A program made the position numbers and the translations under genes. Source: an uncultured Bacillota bacterium (GTDB lineage Bacteria > Bacillota_I > Bacilli_A > RF39 > UBA660). From it: a DNA stretch of 62,053 bases. Location of the stretch: assembly GCA_946630315.1 (NCBI GenBank), contig CAMOYT010000003.1, positions 1-62,053 on the forward strand. The letters run 5' to 3'. The notes under the pieces were generated by a model that was given only the letters and a program-made list of their open reading frames with translations, did no database searches and was not told the origin of the DNA. Below are positions 11,501 to 19,051 of this stretch, piece by piece; positions within the stretch are counted from its first letter, which is position 1; each line of letters starts with the position of its first letter.

Positions 11501-13934
11501 TTGTACTAACAGCACTAATTGTATTATAATATCCCGATTCAACAATTAAAGAATATTTGGTTGGATTACCACTACTTCCAGTACTACCATTACCTCCACC
11601 TATAACACTTGAAGCTGTATAATATCTATTATTACCTGAAGTATAATTAGATATTCCACGTCCTATTTTAAGATTATAATAATAACCTCTTATTTGATTT
11701 GAACCAGATCCACTAGGACCACTTGTACTATGAGAAGCTGTATTAGTACGTATAGTACAGTACTCAACTCTTAAATCAGCTCCAGCATGTAATTGAGTAC
11801 GAGTTGTAGTAACCTGACATCCTGTACTTAAAGTATTATTATTTAAACCAGTTATTGTTAAAGGCTTACTAGTAGTAGCAGCTGTTACATTACCAGTTAA
11901 ACTAACTATATTAGTATCTCTAGTAACTAAATAATAATATTGATCATAATTATCAACAGTTAAAACTTCTTCTGGATTCTGTACTAATTGATAATAAGTC
12001 CCATTACCATTTCCACTTTGCATAACACCAGTTGAATTATATAAGCCATTTCTAGAACCATTACCAGTTACAGTAACTTGTTTAAAATATCCAGCTAAAC
12101 TATCTCCTTTATCCATAAAAGATGTAAGATTATAATCAACTGGAGCTGGAACAGTATAAGTAGTCATAACTCCATCTTTTAATTCAAAATAATTTTGTCC
12201 TTCAGAAATAGTACTTAAATCAACTGTTGTATAGTAATAACAAGTAGTATAATAACCATTACAATATTGTCCATTTAAACTATTACCGTTTTCATCTAAT
12301 GCTCCATTAGGATACCTAGTCCCATTATAACCACTACTCATACTATTTCTTCTATATAAAGTAGGAGTATCAAAAATAGGTGTTCTATCAGTTACTACTC
12401 TTTGCATTCCTACTGACTTTAATGCATTATTGTTAATACTATTAACAGTAGTAGCCTCAGTCCAAGAAGCATACATTGTAATATTTATTTCACTTTGAGC
12501 AGGAACTTTAACATATCTAGTATAAGTATCTACATCCAATGAAACTTCAGCACCTTCATAATCAGTAACCCATCCATTAAAGGCCCTATCATTAGGTCTA
12601 TCAGCATATGGATTATCAATTAATGGAATAGTAACATAACCATTTTCTATTGGATAATACTTATAATATACAAAATCACTATATTGTTCATTTAAGGAAA
12701 CATATCCAACCACAGTACTATTAGCATTAATTTCACTACCCTTATATGCTATATATACTTTAGCTAAACCACCAGAAGTATTATATTTATTACTACTATT
12801 TCCACTTGGCCAAGTAGTACTCTCTGTATAATTAAGACCCTTATAATAATTAAGATCACTATTTAAATCATTAATATAAACAGTATTACCAACTTTACCA
12901 CTATCATGTAATGTAATAGCAGGACTCTTAACTATAGAAAATCCAAAACCCTTTACTGCTTTACTATTACTTTCACTAGAAGAATTATTAACTACCTCTT
13001 CTTTTTTATTAATAATAACTTCTTCATTTTCAAATATAAATTCATATTCATCATCACTAAATTTATCAAGTACATTATTAATATCATTTAAACTATTAAT
13101 CTTATTATCAACAGCATCACTTTTATTAACAATATAACTATCAATATTATTTATTAATAATAATCCACTCTCATAATAACTATAAATATTAGTCATTTTA
13201 CCTTCAGTAGAATAACTTATTCTAGCAATATTATCACTATATTCACTGACTAAACTAGCATGAAAATATATATTATTAACCTCACTATCTTTATCTACAT
13301 TAGTAATAAATCCACTAATATTATTATTTTCATCTTTAGTAGTATTAGTTAAATTAAACTTACTATTATTAATACTAATATTATTAATATTACTCTTAAC
13401 AATATTATTAGAAAGAATAGAAACTATAATATTATTATCACTATTTGGTACTACTTCAACACCACTGAAATTAATATTTCTAATATCAGCTTCTTCAATA
13501 TTATTAATTAAAGAATAATAGTCAATATTCTTAATGGTTTTACTAGTAATCTTTAAATTACTAATCTTATAACCTTTACCATCTAAATAACCATTAAATT
13601 TATTAGTATCATCACCAATACTTTCAAAATCTTTATAATCTAAATCAATATCATTTCCAAGAGCATAATACTTATCTTTATAATACTCATTATCTCCTTC
13701 AATTACTTTTTTAAAGTAAGCTAAATCAGCACCAGACTTAATAATATATGGGTTATCTTTAGTACCATTTCCAGAAGAAAAACTAGTAGAAACACTAACT
13801 CCATCCCATTTAGCTTCATCTGCTCTACTTAGACGTCCAGTTAGGATACTATACAAAGAAAAAAAAGCTATTAGTACAACTAAAGCAATACTTAAAGACA
13901 TTATAAGTTTTCTTCTATTATTTGTAGTATCCAT
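5598..13934 (-). CDS. giant (2778 aa) secreted beta-helix repeat protein
   Basis: N-terminal signal-anchor (LSIALVVLIAFFSLYSIL). A GNGTKDNPYII...FNGYLDGKGYKISNL module is followed by about 30 [VILF][YF]GG[GSNA]N rungs (VYGGGN, VFGGSN, IYGGNN...). These fall in two blocks split by a non-repeat insert. The C-terminal ~1000 aa are beta-rich. No LPXTG or C-terminal anchor. Confidence 0.9.
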   Translation of the reverse strand: MDTTNNRRKLIMSLSIALVVLIAFFSLYSILTGRLSRADEAKWDGVSVSTSFSSGNGTKDNPYIIKSGADLAYFKKVIEGDNEYYKDKYYALGNDIDLDYKDFESIGDDTNKFNGYLDGKGYKISNLKITSKTIKNIDYYSLINNIEEADIRNINFSGVEVVPNSDNNIIVSILSNNIVKSNINNISINNSKFNLTNTTKDENNNISGFITNVDKDSEVNNIYFHASLVSEYSDNIARISYSTEGKMTNIYSYYESGLLLINNIDSYIVNKSDAVDNKINSLNDINNVLDKFSDDEYEFIFENEEVIINKKEEVVNNSSSESNSKAVKGFGFSIVKSPAITLHDSGKVGNTVYINDLNSDLNYYKGLNYTESTTWPSGNSSNKYNTSGGLAKVYIAYKGSEINANSTVVGYVSLNEQYSDFVYYKYYPIENGYVTIPLIDNPYADRPNDRAFNGWVTDYEGAEVSLDVDTYTRYVKVPAQSEINITMYASWTEATTVNSINNNALKSVGMQRVVTDRTPIFDTPTLYRRNSMSSGYNGTRYPNGALDENGNSLNGQYCNGYYTTCYYYTTVDLSTISEGQNYFELKDGVMTTYTVPAPVDYNLTSFMDKGDSLAGYFKQVTVTGNGSRNGLYNSTGVMQSGNGNGTYYQLVQNPEEVLTVDNYDQYYYLVTRDTNIVSLTGNVTAATTSKPLTITGLNNNTLSTGCQVTTTRTQLHAGADLRVEYCTIRTNTASHSTSGPSGSGSNQIRGYYYNLKIGRGISNYTSGNNRYYTASSVIGGGNGSTGSSGNPTKYSLIVESGYYNTISAVSTTGNNNNVYTQGMATYGSDFDRISNDNSNLEVYYNIAGTNGGYVRSGSTNVPFIKQTVKSGIIGEANNTAASGIYAGGLSGGTIYSPSELIVEGGDIYNVNGGPLIDSSLSNNNVIFINIKGGEVDNVFGGAALTETYGNRIISLTGGKVNGSVFGGSNGIEGTSNNVGTLSGNTFIYAGGSVEVGDTERSEGFFGAEVGSIFGSGNGRSGYTGIGSVNNSRVIIDVDASINGNVYGGGNFGSPVSKNGTTTIDIKMLGGEVSGSIYGGGNNNGAGSTSHLAYPTITVTGGTIDKSVYGGSRTNGVIYGDTNVNILSGTVKSNVYGGGEGGYTDRYNRGTYVSGNVEVTIGNSSSGPTVRGNVYGGSAFGTVNGTAENENANTKTVNVNVNSGTITGNVFGGGQGDDEHTPKEYGNVTVTIDGGNISNVFGGNDLAGRPAGTDRVLLNGGIIGNVYGGGNKTGQDTTNVYLRGSTLTGDIFGGSNETGTVTTTNVYISSGEVRDVFGGNNLGGFATTTNVTVTIADEVLKRDVYGGGYQAGSGNTNVTINNGELNDVYGGGNQAGVNGTAKITVNNGRIDHLFGGSNNSGQVAKTVINVENSYAEEDVVKEVDTELQLTDNGAYWDDGSLRRVTIKPVIRNYSDQDYSVWTANVTIPGSTFFREYLNSPLSRNGETYTFTQENKYDRNIPFVVPAHGEVEIPGYFEVFVPISDDYEINFDIVAEKGDSTTSFSGSYLNGKRQGDPLRRGINYIYGGNNLGGTTGTSSITVEAGNIGEIYGGGNKVGITTTNVNVTGGDVLSVYGGSNETGNVTTSNVTIGGSNVLNITDVYGGNNKGGKVDTTNVSVTKSNITNLYGGGNNAPVGNTHLSIGNGTIENLYGGGNAAEVTGNTYLDVDSAVIPTNLFGGGNNGAVLGNTEVYVTDSNVGGSIYAGGNGASAVVHGNTLINIDGKTVVGSSSTTTPNGSVFGGGNAAATGEVGSTTSTATVNIVGGEIYGNVYGGANTSIVYGKTFVNIGTEAVNNSDLEEDDIYIHGTVFGGGESNASGSDTFDWNFISVTDSIDIVIDGSGYETNSHTFKLTGSIFGSGNASSSKGDSSIYIKKLGSYEDVSRNVSIQRTDKLTIDNSWIELSGIEDSTNDYSDIKYTFNQINLLILKNNSTLLLKKNANLLKELYSGVDVDGELVPAKVTVNTDGEITYQNVDNRIYMIPDNNLNVTTNQAATTYGRITGMTFFGMYNSYAGGSLQYGMYDKSFQNGDEADASDLIIGGSYVLGRHLTNHDITVNGFYSNYLNDDRTAIKTDYVGPSEIGENGYRWIIGQYAINYQFTLTASKYSSLGTHVLSMYDFSKGDTKFKVLGFNSEGLAPEVDLVDPLNVPKLTETEEEANRTLGLAMKSETHEWTNYQTTKYTNEGNGKVYGDINYRTDSQALSPQLMFYFYHAKNISLDQELGTVVIMMEASEPLNAIEDKVSLVTITITLEAKEFDYGDNYDASISYGKKYEMPTATDVNITNQSQFSTYFSLFAKGNEIDDIYGLDNTYYHSLVTDYVLPVGTQITMIDYGIDDTNPNFYYYTVDQASFNRATAELATDNQVSYKLSDFIKMGSTSTDNKYNDKTANEIYYDESHNRTIEEFMFIFDFKETNQSGTHEDNHILFELRNNEDRSMLTVLGIRQDLMVYNLYDSGNTVLKGILNNFDGYLYQNRANTFNYVTSVGYQENESRSSIIDTNYESSPMGINVSLIDASGEQVSSSLLTGTTIKIDNKYYFADSDGVWRINLSGKVSNLNKNVELITDTNLHSGNYKIRITLFASSDGKHNSNPERSHTIEVPLVVVGDENAIKVTAVDKTKVVDGKTSLNENKENTNKYNVKIISVLEEPKLKVEIYKRKTDNDTTTEFSLVPFNKLFKDTFDGTANQKELAVNPEEDSTYDFVLADNLTSGTYKVVFELYDGDYLVDSDYEYVIVTKPISE

Positions 13935-13946
13935 AAGTTTTCCTTT

Positions 13947-15278
13947 CTAACTATTGATATAGCTTTTTATCTTAGTCATTCTATCTATTTTATCTAATTC
14001 AAATACATTTTTATTATCAAATCTATTAGATATTTTTCTCATAAATGCAATTAAACTTTTTAATTGCTTAATAGTATAACGATCCTTCTTATCAATATAT
14101 CTAAATCTGCCATCACTATCTAATTGAATTTTATATTTTAATATTTTAAATATTCCATCAAAGAAAGCCTCATCATTATATAATATTGAGAAGAACAATA
14201 GTCTTAAAAATACATATATAGGCATCTCATATATTTTATTACGTAGATTTTCATATAAACCAACTTGATCTAAATCATAATCATATATTTCTTTAAATGA
14301 AGGATGCTCCATCATTTCAATCAAGTCTGTTTTATCATTTAGTAATAAAACATTAGCCATTTTATAAACAAATTGATATCTGATTAACCATTTTTTATTA
14401 ATCCTAGTTTTTTGAATCTTATCATTCTTTAAAGATAAAAGTCCTAGAACTGCTTCCATCAACTGATTTTCTCTTTCTCTACTATCGCTAGACTTTCTAA
14501 TAATATCATTAGCATTAATATCAAGAACCTCAACGACTTCTACTTCATCAAACATTTCAACATTATCTTTTTCTTTTTCTTCTCTATTATGAACAATTTC
14601 CATTTTCTTTAAATCTTCAAGAGGAATAGTAACAGTTAATCCTGTTTCCTTATCAATAACTTCTGCATCTTTCATAAATACTTCTTTAGGAACATTGTCA
14701 ACATGAGGTGTATCCTTTTCTTTTGCACTTGTTTTTATTTCTTCTGTTGCTTTCTTTTCTAAGTCCTCTTTTTTATCATCTTGTTTAACAATATATTTCT
14801 TAACTACTTTATCAAAATTAACTAAAGCTAAGAAAATAAATAATATTATGAATATTGCTATACACTTAAGTATAAAACTAGGACTTACATGAAGAGTAAC
14901 ACGTCCTACAATATCCGACTTAGAAATAGGATCATCTTCGCTATTATTCACATCACCCTTAGTAATAATTTTATTACCAAGAACTTCAACCACACGATGT
15001 GTAACCATTACACCAGATTTATCTTTGTAAGTAACTATATCATTTTTCTTAACATCTTTATTTCCAACCTTAACAAAAATAATATCATTTACTTCAATAG
15101 TTCCAGACATAGATCCAGTACTAACAACAAAATATGTATATCCAAAAACATTAGCATAATCTTTTTTAAGAATATCAGTCATTAAAAAAGTATATAAGCA
15201 TAATGTTACTAGCAATATTAGTATTACATAGGCAATTTTCTTAAATATGCTTTTTACTGCTGTCACATCTTTCACCAC
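13947..15278 (-). CDS. sipW: SipW-type (archaeal/ER-type, S26B) signal peptidase I with ~290-aa C-terminal cytoplasmic extension
   Basis: GTG start. TM1, then FVVSTGSMSGT (Ser box), VTHRVV (His box), KGDVNNSEDD, and TM2 (IAIFIILFIFLALV). A long Lys/Glu-rich, mostly helical extension follows that is absent from B. subtilis SipW. Only 12 nt upstream of the 2778-aa gene. Confidence 0.8.
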   Translation of the reverse strand: MVKDVTAVKSIFKKIAYVILILLVTLCLYTFLMTDILKKDYANVFGYTYFVVSTGSMSGTIEVNDIIFVKVGNKDVKKNDIVTYKDKSGVMVTHRVVEVLGNKIITKGDVNNSEDDPISKSDIVGRVTLHVSPSFILKCIAIFIILFIFLALVNFDKVVKKYIVKQDDKKEDLEKKATEEIKTSAKEKDTPHVDNVPKEVFMKDAEVIDKETGLTVTIPLEDLKKMEIVHNREEKEKDNVEMFDEVEVVEVLDINANDIIRKSSDSRERENQLMEAVLGLLSLKNDKIQKTRINKKWLIRYQFVYKMANVLLLNDKTDLIEMMEHPSFKEIYDYDLDQVGLYENLRNKIYEMPIYVFLRLLFFSILYNDEAFFDGIFKILKYKIQLDSDGRFRYIDKKDRYTIKQLKSLIAFMRKISNRFDNKNVFELDKIDRMTKIKSYINS

Positions 15279-15342
15279 ACTATCTATTCTTCTACATAAT
15301 ATTATAACATAGTAAATTACAAATTTCTATATTAATAATAAC

Positions 15343-15364
15343 AAAAAAAGCCTTTTTCAAGGCT
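15343..15364 (-). terminator. intrinsic terminator after the 543-aa gene
   Basis: Minus strand: AGCCTT-GAAA-AAGGCT hairpin overlapping the TAG stop, followed by T7. Confidence 0.65.
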
Positions 15365-16994
15365 AATTTTCATCATTATTTGGAGCTATTTTTTCTGCTG
15401 TTGCCACATGACACATAAAGTCTATATCTTTAAAACTAATATTACTATCAGAAACATTATATACAAACCTAATATAATTAACTACTTCTCTAATAGCATC
15501 AATATTATCACTTGTCAATTCTTCACTAGTAATATTAAGTCCAAGTAATTTATATTTTTCAGCAATAATCTCACTAATATTATAATCAACAACAGCATTA
15601 ATTTTTCTTAAGAATTCATTACTAGGATTATATAAAAATTTAAAATAACGTCTAAATTCTTTATCTAAATCCCACTCTTCATCCTCAGAAAAATTCTTAG
15701 TAAAAGTATTCTCTAAATAATCATAACATAAGAAACTCTTACTAAATAAATCATATATAGAGCAAGCTTCACTAAGTTTATCAATAACACTATATATTTC
15801 TAAATCTTTAATTTCACTATAAATATTATTTAAATTCTTAATTTGTTCATTCATCTTCATCTTACAAAGCTTTTGTTTTTCAACATTCACTTTTGCTAAA
15901 AATCCAATACCTAAACTTTTTAAATAGTCTTTATATATTTTCTCACGATTCTTTTCTTCTTTTAAAACTTCCTTTAACTTAGTATTGTATTGTGTAACAA
16001 AACTACTTCTTTCATTAAACTTCTTTACTAAGTCTTTAATAATAAATTCATAATGATAATACTCTTTTAATTCAATTATAGAATTACTAAGTTCAATAAT
16101 TGACTTCTTAAAATTAGCTTTTAAATTATCATTTAATTCATTATAATCACCACATAATTGATTAAAATTCTTTACTCTTAAAGGAGCATTATCTAAATAA
16201 TCAATAATATTCTTTTTCTTTTCAATAAATATATTAACATTAGTAAGTTCATCTTTTAACTTCATCTCATAATTATTATTACGAGTAGAAATATAATCTA
16301 AAACTATTCCCTTTGCGTCTTTACCATAAGCTTTTAATTTTTCACTTCTATAATTAGTAACATAAGTATCAATAGTCTTCTTATACTTAGCTAAGATAAA
16401 TTCTAAATTCATTCTTAAATGTAAGATAATATCAGGACACTCAAAAAATATTTGCTGAAATACTTCTGAAGTATTACTTTTTTCAAAATAGCTCTTCATA
16501 AATAATTCAGTAAACATTGAATATTTAAAATCTTCAATAGTTAGTTCAATATTTATATTCTTCATCTTATTAAAGAAATCATCTAAATAACTACTTAGTT
16601 CATCTAAAGATATTCCCTCTTTTAACTTAGATAAAAGAGAAGAAAAACCTAAAGTATACTCACTATCTAAATAGTCACTGCTAAGTACTAACAATTGTTC
16701 TAAATCATTAAGTTTTGCTTTACCTTCTTCAAATACCATACTCTTATCAGTAGGCATTAAAGATTTAAATCTTCTTTGCATTTCTTCATATACTTGAATG
16801 CCATAATCTCTAAATTTATCTATTTCTTTATTAACATAATTATTTCTATCCTTAATAGCTTTTTTATGATATTTTTCTCTTATATTTTTAGTACCCTCAT
16901 CTGTTTCTAAAGGAAATTTCTCTATATGATCTTTATCAATATCTATTTCACTCAAAATCTTATCTTTCAAAATATCACTCATTGCCATCACCAT
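15363..16994 (-). CDS. hypothetical cytoplasmic, predominantly helical protein (543 aa)
   Basis: Long ORF with no TM or signal, Lys/Glu/Asn-rich with coiled-coil-like stretches. No family recognised. The start may be ATG 16982 (MSDIL), which overlaps the stop of the small upstream ORF. Confidence 0.75.
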   Translation of the reverse strand: MVMAMSDILKDKILSEIDIDKDHIEKFPLETDEGTKNIREKYHKKAIKDRNNYVNKEIDKFRDYGIQVYEEMQRRFKSLMPTDKSMVFEEGKAKLNDLEQLLVLSSDYLDSEYTLGFSSLLSKLKEGISLDELSSYLDDFFNKMKNINIELTIEDFKYSMFTELFMKSYFEKSNTSEVFQQIFFECPDIILHLRMNLEFILAKYKKTIDTYVTNYRSEKLKAYGKDAKGIVLDYISTRNNNYEMKLKDELTNVNIFIEKKKNIIDYLDNAPLRVKNFNQLCGDYNELNDNLKANFKKSIIELSNSIIELKEYYHYEFIIKDLVKKFNERSSFVTQYNTKLKEVLKEEKNREKIYKDYLKSLGIGFLAKVNVEKQKLCKMKMNEQIKNLNNIYSEIKDLEIYSVIDKLSEACSIYDLFSKSFLCYDYLENTFTKNFSEDEEWDLDKEFRRYFKFLYNPSNEFLRKINAVVDYNISEIIAEKYKLLGLNITSEELTSDNIDAIREVVNYIRFVYNVSDSNISFKDIDFMCHVATAEKIAPNNDEN

Positions 16995-17097
16995 TTTCTT
17001 CTTTTTCTTCTTCTAGAATGTTACTTTTAAGATATTTAAGATGATTAAGTATCTCTTCATATAACATTAAAAGATCTTCATTAGTTAAATCTGTCAT
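16975..17097 (-). CDS. candidate 40-aa acidic small protein
   Basis: Below the ORF-track cutoff. ATG at 17097 lies 4 nt after an AAAGGAGGA SD. Translation MTDLTNEDLLMLYEEILNHLKYLKSNILEEEKEEENGDGNE. Its stop overlaps ATG 16982 of the next gene (ATGAGTGA). Confidence 0.4.
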   Translation of the reverse strand: MTDLTNEDLLMLYEEILNHLKYLKSNILEEEKEENGDGNE

Positions 17098-17112
17098 AAA
17101 ATCCTCCTTTAG

Positions 17113-17139
17113 AATAAAAAGCCTTCATAAGAAGGCTTT
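17113..17139 (-). terminator. intrinsic terminator after the TasA-like gene pair
   Basis: Minus strand: AAGCCTTC-TTAT-GAAGGCTT (8-bp stem) followed by TTTTTATT, 17 nt after the stop at 17156. Confidence 0.75.
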
Positions 17140-17155
17140 AAATATTTATATCATA

Positions 17156-18148
17156 TTAAGCTGCATCTAAAATACTAAATTGTAAGTTATAGCTTAAATC
17201 ACTACCTGATGCTGCATCTTCACAGTCATAATCTTGACCTTCAATCCACATATAAACTCTAATCTTTGTAACTCCAGCATCTAAATGGAATGCCCTTTGA
17301 TATGCACTAGCTGGAATACCAGAAGTTCCAGTCTTAATTTGAGGTGTTACACTAGCAAATTTACTAGAATCATGACTATTTAAAGCTATATTATCCTCAG
17401 TAGAAATAGGAGCTTTTACACCATAATAACTTCCAATAGCTTGATTAGATGTAATAGTCTCTCCATAAACGTCTCTGGCATGTGCAATAGCTGTTGCAGT
17501 ATGCGCATTATTATTTGGTTCCCAAATAATTGGTGTTTGTGCAGTCTTCATAGCTTGAATTTCAGATAAAGAAGCTGATGCATCTTTAGTACCTTCAATA
17601 ACAAAAGCTACACGAGAAGAGTTTTCAATACCTTTTGACGAACTAATAGCTGAAACTGATGAATTATTAGTTAAATAAATATCATTAGCCTCAGTAACTT
17701 GGAAGAATAAGTCAAATGCAACGAAATCTCCACTAGTACTTGTAGTAACAGTTTCTGTAGATTTAGTAGCAGTTAAAACATTAGAACCACTCTCACTAGC
17801 AGTAACAGTACCTAAATACATACCCATAAAACCATTAGAATCAGTAGCACCCACTGTACTTACTGGAACCATAGTTTCAGGAACTTGGTTAATAGCAGCA
17901 GGATAAGTACTATTAGCACCTAAAATTTCATCTTTAGATATATAAGGTTTCCAATTTGATCCATCTACAGATAATTGTAAACCATTAGCAGCTGCTACGT
18001 TAATATCAATTTGTTGAACAGTAACAGTTTGGTTTGCAGTAAACCATGCATAAGTACTTGCAGTTAAAACAATTCCTACAAAAAGAATCATAAATAACCC
18101 AAGTAAAATCTTTTTCTTTTTTCTTTTTTCCTTACGATTATTACTCAT
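17156..18148 (-). CDS. TasA/camelysin-like secreted protein with SipW-dependent-type signal (probable major fibre subunit)
   Basis: N-terminus KKKKILLGLFMILFVGIVLTASTYAWFTANQTV matches the TasA/CalY signal pattern (h-region then T[FY]A[YW]F[ST]). Beta-rich, Ser/Thr/Ala-rich body. C-terminal motif YMWIEGQDYDCEDAA. AAGGAG SD. Flanked by its own promoter and a strong terminator. Confidence 0.75.
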   Translation of the reverse strand: MSNNRKEKRKKKKILLGLFMILFVGIVLTASTYAWFTANQTVTVQQIDINVAAANGLQLSVDGSNWKPYISKDEILGANSTYPAAINQVPETMVPVSTVGATDSNGFMGMYLGTVTASESGSNVLTATKSTETVTTSTSGDFVAFDLFFQVTEANDIYLTNNSSVSAISSSKGIENSSRVAFVIEGTKDASASLSEIQAMKTAQTPIIWEPNNNAHTATAIAHARDVYGETITSNQAIGSYYGVKAPISTEDNIALNSHDSSKFASVTPQIKTGTSGIPASAYQRAFHLDAGVTKIRVYMWIEGQDYDCEDAASGSDLSYNLQFSILDAA

Positions 18149-18162
18149 AAAATCACTCCTTA

Positions 18163-18867
18163 TTATTTTTTCTTATAGACATGTTCTTCGGTAAAGTCCA
18201 TATGCATCTTGATCTCTCCACCTATCAAATCATTCTTACACTCAGGATCGTCACCCTCTATCCATATTACAACAGTAAAATGGTCTTTAGATTTAGGCTT
18301 AAAACTCTTTCTTTGTTCCAAAACCATAATAGATTTTGAATAAAATTTCTTTGTGCCAGGTTCAGCTTTACCAGTTACTTTACTTTTCTTTGCATAAACA
18401 GTAGGTTTACCATTTCTATAAACCATAACCCTTATTGCTTCATCAACATTTTTGATAGTATCATCAATATCAATCTCATACCAATAATTAACTGTTTCCT
18501 TACCAGAATTAACTACATAAAATGAATAAGCAATATAATTGTCATCATTATGTGATCCATCAGCTTCTGTGTCTATATTCTTTGGAATCCATTTAATTGA
18601 TATATTATCCATATAATCAATCGTTTCTGCCGTAAGTTTTCGAGTCTTCTCTCCAATCTTACCAGTTTCCGATAAATAGACATTCTTTTGGCTTTGCATT
18701 TGCTTATCTAAAGTAACAGTAAATCTTCCACCATCATATACAATATATAAAAACAAATACAAAATAGAAATTAAAATAAGTAACAATAAGAACACAATCT
18801 TAACTATTCTTACAAAAAGCTTATGCTTATAAACTTTCTTAGCACTAACTTCTACTTCATTTTTCAT
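18163..18867 (-). CDS. membrane-anchored paralogue of the TasA-like protein (accessory/anchor subunit candidate)
   Basis: N-terminal TM (IVFLLLLILISILYLFLYIV). C-terminal VIWIEGDDPECKNDLIGGEIKMHMDF aligns with YMWIEGQDYDCEDAASGSDLSYNLQF of the 330-aa protein. Lies 14 nt upstream of that gene. Confidence 0.7.
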   Translation of the reverse strand: MKNEVEVSAKKVYKHKLFVRIVKIVFLLLLILISILYLFLYIVYDGGRFTVTLDKQMQSQKNVYLSETGKIGEKTRKLTAETIDYMDNISIKWIPKNIDTEADGSHNDDNYIAYSFYVVNSGKETVNYWYEIDIDDTIKNVDEAIRVMVYRNGKPTVYAKKSKVTGKAEPGTKKFYSKSIMVLEQRKSFKPKSKDHFTVVIWIEGDDPECKNDLIGGEIKMHMDFTEEHVYKKK

Positions 18868-18930
18868 TCACATCACCACTTGCCTTTACAATTGTCTTCA
18901 CTAAGCCACCTTTCCTACTATGTCTATTTA

Positions 18931-18959
18931 ATTATAACTAGAATTTTTTCTTTTTGCAA
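18931..18959 (-). promoter_or_regulatory. sigma-A promoter of the TasA-like operon
   Basis: Minus strand: TTGCAA (18959-18954), 17-nt spacer, TATAAT (18936-18931). It leaves a ~60-nt leader before the start at 18867. Confidence 0.6.
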
Positions 18960-19016
18960 TAATATCCCCCAAAAAAATTAATATTATTGAAATACAAAGA
19001 AAATATAAAATGTCAA

Positions 19017-19045
19017 TTGACATTTTTATATAAATATGATATAAT
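19017..19045 (+). promoter_or_regulatory. orphan perfect-consensus sigma-A promoter on the plus strand
   Basis: TTGACA (19017-19022), 17-nt spacer ending in TGa, then TATAAT (19040-19045). No plus-strand ORF follows. The -35 lies inside the palindrome TGTCAATTGACA (19011-19022). Confidence 0.6.
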
Positions 19046-19051
19046 TTGAAA

